Source: Paecilomyces variotii
Lineage: Eukaryota
DNA length: 64,000 nucleotides
Assembly: GCA_004022145.1 (NCBI GenBank)
Contig: RCNU01000007.1
Reading direction: 5' to 3' (one strand)
Part shown: positions 62,798 through 64,000 of the stretch, piece after piece
Layout: each line of letters begins with the position of its first letter
Position numbering within the stretch: position 1 is the stretch's first letter
Notes under the pieces: generated by a model
The model's database searches: none
Told to the model about the DNA's origin: nothing
Seen by the model: the letters and a program-made list of their open reading frames with translations, nothing else
Translations under genes and position numbers: made by a program

Positions 62798-63974
62798 ATG
62801 TATAGAAGCGCTGCTGCTCGTTCGCTCTTCCGGGCGGCCGCCAGCTCCAATGCCTCCGTGGCTCGTTCGACTCTCCCCAGAAGCGTCTTCAAGGCTCAAT
62901 TGACCTCGTCGGCCCGCCAGTCCGTCCGTCTGACGTCGCCAAGCCTTGCGCTCGCTGCCCGCAAGCCCGTCACCACTGCTCTCGTCCGATATGCGACGAC
63001 CAGCACCAATGCTGAGCGGGTGAGACCTAACCGATGCTTCTATACTTCTCCTGATCGGGAGCGAGTTGAACGATGGCCACATCTAGAATGGGCCGCTGAC
63101 GGGTTTTATATCTACAGGACGAGCCGGTTGCCGAAGAAGACACTGATGTGATGGCCGGTATGAAGGCTGAGGCGGTATGTGAAGCCCTGGACTAGTTATA
63201 CGATCTACTATGGCATCATACAGATGCTGACCTGCTGTCTGTACAGAAAGTTATCAAGGACACCTTCAGCCTGCACGACGTCCCCAAGGAGGCTCTGTAC
63301 CTCGGAATGGCCGGTGTCGTTCCCTACCTGGTCACCTCCATTGACACTGCCTACCTCGCCTGGGAGATCAACAACGCCGCTGAGACTGGCGATGGTGTGT
63401 TCATCTCCGGTCAGACTGCTGAGCTCATGCTGCACATGCTCGAGCCCATCCAGGTTGGCTACGGTGCAGTGGTAAGTACTCGTGTTGGATATAGTATCCG
63501 CAACGGTGATGTAAGATGGCTACTGACACCGATGACGTTCAGATCCTTTCCTTCCTCGGCGCTATCCACTGGGGTCTCGAATGGGCCGGGTACGGCGGTA
63601 AGCAGGGCTACAGGCGCTATGCGGCTGGAGTTGTCGCTCCCGCTGTCGCGTGGCCGACCCTCCTCCTCCCCGTCGACTATGCCCTGATCACCCAGTTCCT
63701 GGCGTTCAACTTCCTGTACTACAACGATGCCCGCGCTGCTGCTCGCGGAGCGGCCCCTCACTGGTATGGCATGTACCGCTTCGTGCTGACCTTCGTCGTC
63801 GGAGCCAGCATTGTCCTCAGTCTGATTGGCCGTGAGCGCATCTCCCAGACCCTCACCTCTGAGCACTCGATCAAGGACAAGATCAATGCTCTGCTGTACC
63901 TGCAGCAGAAGGAGAAGGAGGAGAAGGAGGCCCGTCTGCGGGAGGAGGCCGGAGCTGAGAAGGACGAGGAGTAA
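62798..63974 (+). CDS. DUF3429/TMEM69-like mitochondrial membrane protein, 4 exons
   Basis: Arg/Ser/Ala-rich presequence MYRSAAARSLFRAA; YGAV|ILSFLGAIHWG signature; WYGMYRFVLT. Confidence 0.85.
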
Positions 63975-64000
63975 GTTAAAGAGCTCGGCGGGAGCAGCGG

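Noticed and set aside
1-64000. Starship captain, intact transposase or reverse transcriptase, TPP riboswitch, telomerase RNA template, CRISPR
   Set aside because: No diagnostic motifs for any of these were seen on reading.

Overview
Eukaryotic, gene-dense chromosomal segment from a filamentous ascomycete. Short GT-AG introns with CTRAC-type branch points and the protein set point to a Eurotiomycete (Aspergillus/Paecilomyces-like; inferred). It holds about 20 protein-coding genes. Recognisable housekeeping genes: SUZ-domain protein, omega-like GST, sugar O-acetyltransferase, GPN1/Npa3, Cwf19, Pho23-like ING/PHD, KGD1, Psf3, MnSOD, TFIP11/Ntr1, Vps13 and a DUF3429 protein. There is also one intron-containing tRNA-Leu(CAG), two AT-richer kinase-fold genes, and AT/TpA-rich patches that may be RIP relics. 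No intact transposon, CRISPR or rRNA was seen. The most interesting locus is 4050-6845 (minus strand). A Q-rich protein with a WRKY/FAR1/GCM-like C..C..HxH domain has a splice donor that can join in frame to the downstream GST, and the putative intron encodes a separate mitochondrial-type presequence for the same GST. Exon boundaries were read by eye; no database searches or computations were run.
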